Shown here: positions 58,620 through 64,000 of the stretch, piece by piece
Layout of the letters: the number at the start of each line of letters is the position of its first letter
Numbering within the stretch: the stretch's first letter is position 1
Source of the DNA: Candidatus Parvarchaeota archaeon
GTDB lineage: Archaea > Nanobdellota > Nanobdellia > JAFCGN01
Assembly (NCBI GenBank): GCA_017608045.1
Contig: JAFCGN010000001.1
Coordinates: 12,241 to 76,240, forward strand
Reading direction: 5' to 3'
DNA: 64,000 bases
The notes under the pieces: generated by a model
What the model saw: the letters and a program-made list of their open reading frames with translations, nothing else
Databases searched by the model: none
Told to the model about the DNA's origin: nothing
Translations under genes and position numbers: made by a program

Positions 58620-58793
58620 TTAGAAGTCTTCGCCAATAATTGTTTTTCTTTTGTTAGCTTTCGCTCTTTTTGCAGCTGTTTTTATCATTTCATGTATTTT
58701 TTTGTTTAATTCTTCAACAGCTTTGTCAGGAAATCTAACACCTAAAGGCTTTGCAACTGCCTTTGCTTTGCTTTTAACTACTATTGTTTCCAT
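58620..58793 (-). CDS. unannotated 57-aa basic protein with partial histone-fold-like C-terminus
   Basis: ATG (rc of cat 58791-58793) to TAA (58620-58622): METIVVKSKAKAVAKPLGVRFPDKAVEELNKKIHEMIKTAAKRAKANKRKTIIGEDF. It is below the 60-aa cutoff of the ORF track. The C-terminal AKRAKANKRKTIIGED resembles the HMf alpha2-L2 segment (LARHAGRKTIKAEDIE). Confidence 0.4.
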   Translation of the reverse strand: METIVVKSKAKAVAKPLGVRFPDKAVEELNKKIHEMIKTAAKRAKANKRKTIIGEDF

Positions 58794-58906
58794 TTTTAAT
58801 CACCCACTATAAGTATTATCTAATTAATAAATCCATCTATAAAAGCATTTCTTAAAACACATGTATAACAACAAAACTTAATAATGAATTTGAATTCACA
58901 AAAATC

Positions 58907-59347
58907 ATGGATTACAAAGAATTTATTGAAGTAAATGCAAAAAAAAAGTTTGATGATGTGACTGAAAAAGATAAAAAGTTAATTGAAGAAAAAGCATATT
59001 TACCAAAGAAATGCGATAAATGCGGTTTTATTTATTCAAATTCTCCAAAAATAAGAAATGTTTTTAACAAATTGAGAAAGACGAAACATAACTTTGTTTT
59101 TTTTGAAGTTTATTGCGAAAATAAGTATAGAAGTAAAGATGGAAAAGATTTTGCTTGTAATTTTTACAAAAAATTTGACAAAAAAACTCTTTTAGAAGCA
59201 AAAGAGCTTACATTAAAGAAGAAATGCCCTGTTTGTGGAGGAAACCTTTATGCAACAGGTGTTGTAATGGATATAAAAGGGTTTGAAGTTACTTCTTATT
59301 GTCCCTCATGCAACACTGAATGGGGAAAAGTAGAATTGAATAAGTAA
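58907..59347 (+). CDS. hypothetical zinc-ribbon protein
   Basis: 146 aa with CDKCG, CPVCGG and CPSCN pairs. Confidence 0.5.
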   Translation: MDYKEFIEVNAKKKFDDVTEKDKKLIEEKAYLPKKCDKCGFIYSNSPKIRNVFNKLRKTKHNFVFFEVYCENKYRSKDGKDFACNFYKKFDKKTLLEAKELTLKKKCPVCGGNLYATGVVMDIKGFEVTSYCPSCNTEWGKVELNK

Positions 59348-59358
59348 AAAAAGAAATT

Positions 59359-60477
59359 TTAATTTAATAAATATTCCAAATTTTCTTTTATTCTTGGTAT
59401 TCCTAAGAGTTCATCAGTTTCATTCATTGATTCCTTTTTTGTTTTATTAGTTAGTAAAGCATTAATAGCATCAAGGTTTTCAGGGATAACGATGCTTTCT
59501 TGAGGTACTGCTGCAAGCACTGCTATTGTGTCATCAAAATCGCTTATTTTTTTTATTTGAGCAGCAACAACATAAGCATCTTGATTAGGGTATTTCCTGC
59601 TTAATTCAAACAAGTCACCGCTGAAAAATTCTGTTGGATTAATAACAGCAATCCTATCATCTCTTAAAAGCAATTCCTGAACGTCTTCTAATTCTACTGT
59701 GTCCTCAAATTGAACAATTATGCTATGCCCGTGAAAATGGCTCATTGGAACAGCAAAAGCATTAGTCCCGATTTTAACTTGAGGATAAATTGTTTTTAAA
59801 TCCTCTCCATGATGAGAGTTAGCTTCTGCTTTAAACGCGTCTATGAAACTACCTTTTTTTTGCGATGGGTCAATACTTCTCCTAACAAGTGTATTATAAA
59901 TTCTGTTAATTCTTGGTATTTTATTATTTTGAATTAATTGATAAACTATCCTACCCATTCCAGTAGTATTACAACTAACGCATCTCACTGAATTAATGTT
60001 TTTTCCAACCTTGTTATAACAAGGATTAGCAATGAAACTCATTTCAGCAACACTGCTTTTCTCTCCACCTTGATAAATTACTTTCAAAGGATTCAATCCT
60101 AATTCTTCCCTTGTTTTCTTAATTACTTCGTTCTCATATAATCCCTTATTCTTTATTCCAACTTTTTTTGGCGTTGTATCAACAATAAGGTCTGCTCTTA
60201 AAATTAAATCAATTAGTGTGCCCGCTGGATTAAATTCACTGAATTCCTTTAATTTAGCATCCAAACGAATTTGCGTATCACCAAAACTATACTTCTCCAT
60301 GTCAATTTTGTCACTCACGTAAAACTTGTATTTTGAAAACAAGTCCTTAGGCCAATTATTTTTGCTTGTTTTAGCAACACCAATCACTTTATAATTCGGG
60401 TGCTTGTCAAGAGATTCAATAATTCTTCTGCCAATAGTTCCAGGACCTACAACACCAATATTATAAGTCAAAAGCAT
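59359..60477 (-). CDS. gap: glyceraldehyde-3-phosphate dehydrogenase, archaeal type II
   Basis: NIGVVGPGTIGRR Rossmann start, active-site VSCNTTG, and QESIVIPENLDAINALL matching the archaeal GAPDH C-terminal block (QESIVIPENIDCIRAML). Confidence 0.85.
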   Translation of the reverse strand: MLLTYNIGVVGPGTIGRRIIESLDKHPNYKVIGVAKTSKNNWPKDLFSKYKFYVSDKIDMEKYSFGDTQIRLDAKLKEFSEFNPAGTLIDLILRADLIVDTTPKKVGIKNKGLYENEVIKKTREELGLNPLKVIYQGGEKSSVAEMSFIANPCYNKVGKNINSVRCVSCNTTGMGRIVYQLIQNNKIPRINRIYNTLVRRSIDPSQKKGSFIDAFKAEANSHHGEDLKTIYPQVKIGTNAFAVPMSHFHGHSIIVQFEDTVELEDVQELLLRDDRIAVINPTEFFSGDLFELSRKYPNQDAYVVAAQIKKISDFDDTIAVLAAVPQESIVIPENLDAINALLTNKTKKESMNETDELLGIPRIKENLEYLLN

Positions 60478-60579
60478 TCACCTCTTTTAGAAACATAATT
60501 CCTAATAAACAAAAACAATTTAAATACTTTATCATACTTTGTAATACTATATATTAATTTGTTCTTAATTTTTCTTTTT

Positions 60580-63348
60580 TTATAATTCCCAGAATCTTTT
60601 AGTTCTAAGGAAATTTCGTTCTGATTCTATTATTCTTTTTATAAGCTCTTTTTTATTTGTATAAAACTCAAGAAGTATTCTTCTCGCAGTCTCAGGTCCA
60701 ATTCCATACGCACCCATTACATACATTGCTTTTTTTCCGTATGTATGGTATAAAAGTGCTGTTTTGCGCAAGTTTTCAACTTCTTTTTTACCATATTTTT
60801 TACCTTTTATTTCATTTTTTAATTCTTTTACAAATTTTTCTTTTAATTTTGGTTGAATAAAACCTATGAATTCACTTTCACAAACAGGGCATTTCATTTT
60901 TTCAGGTATGTTCTCATAACTCCTTTTGCCGAGTTCTTTCCCGCAATGAGTGCAAACAAGAAACCATTGTTTATTTTTCAATCTTTTATCAATAATATTC
61001 AGGATTTCTAAATCTTGTTTGTCAGAAGCCATAAATGAGTTAATTCTGTCACTTTCTAAACTCATCACACTTAATGGGCTTAAATCTGTTCTTGAAATTA
61101 ATTTAATTTTTTTAGAACTTAAATCATTAATTAATTTTTTTGTGCCTTTAACATCCATTTTTTCTTTGAAAATCGTTTTCATTACTTCTTCATCAAGCGG
61201 TGTATGTTCATAAATTTCTGCAAGTTTTTTTATTCTTGCTTTACTAAAATCAGCGTATTTGTTTATTACTCCCATCTTTTTTGCAATATTAAAAAATCTA
61301 AATAAGTATACGGATGAATTTTTCAAGTATTTGCTTATTATTGTTTCAATCCATTCAGGCTTTAATTGAATTAATACTTCATTAATGATTTCAGCACTTT
61401 CTCCTTCTGGCAGGGAAAAAATTATTTTATAAGGACTTATTTTTAAACCAATATTCGCGCCTATTTTCGCACTAATCATTGCTGAAAGAATGTTTGCTAA
61501 TGTGGTATTAATCTTGGAACCAAAACAAGAATGCAGGACACCAATGTTTTTGAAATTCTCAAATAAGAGTGTTTTATTATCTGGAATAACTTCTTGTTTT
61601 AATTTTTTGAAAGCATTAGTTTTTTTTCTTAAAATACCAACTGTTTGAGCAATTGTTTTACTTACAGGTATGAGTTCGCCCTCCCAACTTGGAACAGCGC
61701 CTTCTTCGTTTTTTGCTCTTACAACTTTTATTTTTTCGTCTTCTATTTCAGTAATTGTCCATGCAGTGCCTTTCATCATAAAACTATTTCCAGGAGCGCA
61801 ATATTGGATAACAAATCCTTGGTGTAAAACCCCTATTTTTTGATTTAATTCTTCATTAATTACAACATATGATTTTTCATCTGGGATCATGCTTAAGTTA
61901 TTGTAGAAGTAATTGAATGCTTTTTTTGTTCTTATTAAAATTGTTTTATTATCTATAAATTTTCTGTAAATTAATTTGATTTCTTGCATGAAATCAATTA
62001 TGTTTTTGAATTCTTCTTCTGTTAAGTCTTTGAATGCATAAGATTTTTTGATTATATTGTAAATTTTTTTTTCTGTATAATTTTTATTTTCTTCTTTTTT
62101 TGTTGAAATAAGCATGCCAATTATTTGATTTATAAGAACATCATATGGTTTGTTGTAAGGGATTGGGGTTTCAAGCCATTTTTCTTCCATTTTTTTAACT
62201 ATTGCTTTGCTTTCAATAAGGTCTTCAATATTAATTGGAAAAATAACTCCCTTGCTTTTTAATCCTGCTTTATGCCCTCCCCTTCCTATTCTTTGTGTTA
62301 ATTTACTAACTTGTCTTGGACTCATTGACTGTAATACAAGATCAACGCTTCCAATATCTATTCCAAGTTCAAGAGAACTTGTAGCAACTATTGCTTTTAT
62401 CTCTCCTTTTTTAAATTTGTTTTCTGTTTCAATGCGTGCTTGTTTGCTGAGTGAAGAATGATGAACTTCAATCACGTGTTTATTTCCTAAATATTTTTTT
62501 AATCTGCTCCCAAGTATTTCTGCTCCTTGTCTTGTATTAGTAAAAATTAGTGCATTTTTGCAATTATTTAAATAAAAATCCATTCTTCTGAGAAGGGAAG
62601 CACTTTTTTTACTAATAAGGAGTTTATCTGCTATTTCCATGTCTTTTTCATTTGGTTCTGGGTATTCAATTATTATTTCATAATCCTTTTTCTCATCAGT
62701 TATTAAAACTTCGCATTCTTGATATGGGCACAAAAATTTTTTTATTTCATTTATATCTCCGATTGTTGCTGATAATCCAATTCTTTGATATTTTGGGCTT
62801 ATTTCTTCAAGTCTTTCTAAAAGAACGCTTAATTGCGAACCTCTTTTGCTTTCAAATAATTCGTGAATTTCATCAATTATAACATGATTGAGATGAGAGA
62901 AGTATTTTTTAAAATTTGCACTTGTAAGTAAAATTTGCATTGTTTCTGGTGTTGTTATTAAAATATGAGGAGGGTGTTTTAGTTGTGCTCTTCTTTCTTT
63001 TTGACTTGTATCCCCATGACGTATATCTACGTCAATCCACACGCTTGCACCTAATTGAACAATTCTTTGAAATACATCCCTATTTAAAGAGCGAAGAGGT
63101 GTTATGTAAACTGCTTTTATTCCTCTTTCAGTAGGTCCTTCATTTTCTTTATTTTTTTGTTTAATTAAATGTATTATAGGAAGCATAACAGCTAATGTTT
63201 TCCCATATCCTGTTGGTGCTCTTAGCAAAATATTTTTTCCTTTAAGTATGCTTGGTATTGACTTTAATTGCGGAGAAGTTGGTTCTAAAAACCCTTTTGT
63301 TTCTTTTAACCATTTTTGGATTTTTTTATCAAGTAACTCAAAAACCAT
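60580..63348 (-). CDS. lhr: Lhr-type DEXH-box ATP-dependent helicase with C-terminal zinc finger
   Basis: Motif I LLRAPTGYGKTLA, motif II DEIHEL, motif VI QRIGRGGH, C-terminal CTHCGKE...CPVCES; 922 aa. Confidence 0.8.
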   Translation of the reverse strand: MVFELLDKKIQKWLKETKGFLEPTSPQLKSIPSILKGKNILLRAPTGYGKTLAVMLPIIHLIKQKNKENEGPTERGIKAVYITPLRSLNRDVFQRIVQLGASVWIDVDIRHGDTSQKERRAQLKHPPHILITTPETMQILLTSANFKKYFSHLNHVIIDEIHELFESKRGSQLSVLLERLEEISPKYQRIGLSATIGDINEIKKFLCPYQECEVLITDEKKDYEIIIEYPEPNEKDMEIADKLLISKKSASLLRRMDFYLNNCKNALIFTNTRQGAEILGSRLKKYLGNKHVIEVHHSSLSKQARIETENKFKKGEIKAIVATSSLELGIDIGSVDLVLQSMSPRQVSKLTQRIGRGGHKAGLKSKGVIFPINIEDLIESKAIVKKMEEKWLETPIPYNKPYDVLINQIIGMLISTKKEENKNYTEKKIYNIIKKSYAFKDLTEEEFKNIIDFMQEIKLIYRKFIDNKTILIRTKKAFNYFYNNLSMIPDEKSYVVINEELNQKIGVLHQGFVIQYCAPGNSFMMKGTAWTITEIEDEKIKVVRAKNEEGAVPSWEGELIPVSKTIAQTVGILRKKTNAFKKLKQEVIPDNKTLLFENFKNIGVLHSCFGSKINTTLANILSAMISAKIGANIGLKISPYKIIFSLPEGESAEIINEVLIQLKPEWIETIISKYLKNSSVYLFRFFNIAKKMGVINKYADFSKARIKKLAEIYEHTPLDEEVMKTIFKEKMDVKGTKKLINDLSSKKIKLISRTDLSPLSVMSLESDRINSFMASDKQDLEILNIIDKRLKNKQWFLVCTHCGKELGKRSYENIPEKMKCPVCESEFIGFIQPKLKEKFVKELKNEIKGKKYGKKEVENLRKTALLYHTYGKKAMYVMGAYGIGPETARRILLEFYTNKKELIKRIIESERNFLRTKRFWEL

Positions 63349-63376
63349 ATTAATTCACTTTTCTTAAATAATGTTA

Positions 63377-64000
63377 TGAAATCTGAAGCAGATTATTATT
63401 CATACAAGAAAGAATTAAATTATATTTTAAAACATTACTTACTGCCTTCTAAAAAAGAGAGAAAAGAATTGGAAGCAATTGTTAATAATTTTAAAAAAAA
63501 GTTAGAGAATGTGCTTGAGGAAGAAGTATTTATAGGAGGTAGTTATGCAAAAGATACTTATTTGAAGGGAAAAAATGATGTTGATATTTTTGTAAGGTTT
63601 AGTAATGAAGATAGAATGAATGATTTGAGAGAGAAGTTAAAAGTTTTTAGGAATTTAGAAATCGTGCATGGAAGTAGAATATATTATAGGGTGAAATTTA
63701 ATGGCTTAATTTTTGAAATTGTGCCTATTCTTAAAATAAGGAAGCCAAAGGATTTTAAGAATATAACAGATGTTTCCCCATTTCATGTTGAATTTATTAA
63801 TAAAAAATTAAGCAAGTATGAGAAGAATGAAGTAAGGTTGCTAAAAGCATTTTGTAAAGCAAACAATCTTTACGGTGCTGAAACAAGCATTCATGGATTT
63901 AGTGGTTATGTGCTTGAACTTTTAATTGCTTATTGTGGCTCTTTTTTAAATGTTTTAAAATTGGTTAGCAAATCCAAACCTCCTTTAATTATTTCATTTG
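63377..64000 (+). CDS. cca: CCA-adding enzyme (archaeal class I tRNA nucleotidyltransferase), 3' end cut by window edge
   Basis: ATG 63377; nucleotidyltransferase motif FIGGSYAKDTYLKGKNDVDIFV; absent from the ORF track because there is no stop inside the window. Confidence 0.8.

Overview
This window is a very AT-rich archaeal chromosomal segment. The gene content (archaeal HMf-type histone, Orc1/Cdc6, PolD DP1 and DP2, aRF1, aIF5A, type-II GAPDH, proteasome beta, aCPSF1) marks it as archaeal. Short proteins, tight or overlapping genes and the low GC make a small-genome (DPANN-like) archaeon a reasonable inference, not something the sequence proves. Coding density is high (about 60 CDS), almost all core information-processing and proteostasis genes. 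Replication and chromosome maintenance: orc1/cdc6 directly beside an ORB-containing replication origin, with PolD DP1 and DP2 on opposite sides of it; also PolB, RPA, DnaG primase, Topo IA, an Lhr-type helicase, and SMC with ScpA/ScpB. Proteostasis: Cdc48, LonB, the TldD/PmbA pair, proteasome beta, methionine aminopeptidase. Translation and RNA: MetRS, ValRS, an atypical SerRS, aRF1, aIF5A, a partial CCA-adding enzyme, aCPSF1/FttA, an RqcH/NEMF homolog. RNA genes: tRNA-Val, tRNA-Pro, tRNA-Ile, tRNA-Asn, a degenerate second tRNA-Pro copy, and an SRP (7S) RNA that the ORF track mis-reads as a 76-aa ORF. I found no rRNA, CRISPR array, transposase or integrase. I also found no convincing multi-gene novel system such as a defence island. 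The features most worth a second look are: a GC-rich repeat and palindrome island between a winged-helix regulator gene and smc; a duplicated tRNA-Pro-plus-promoter segment with one decayed copy; two perfect 38-bp repeats that give polB and an unknown gene identical promoter-proximal sequence; a reading-frame break at an A7 run in a membrane-protein gene; an unannotated 57-aa histone-fold-like ORF; and a small Cys-rich pilin-like secreted protein. Many short ORFs in the six-frame track are antisense artefacts inside real genes.
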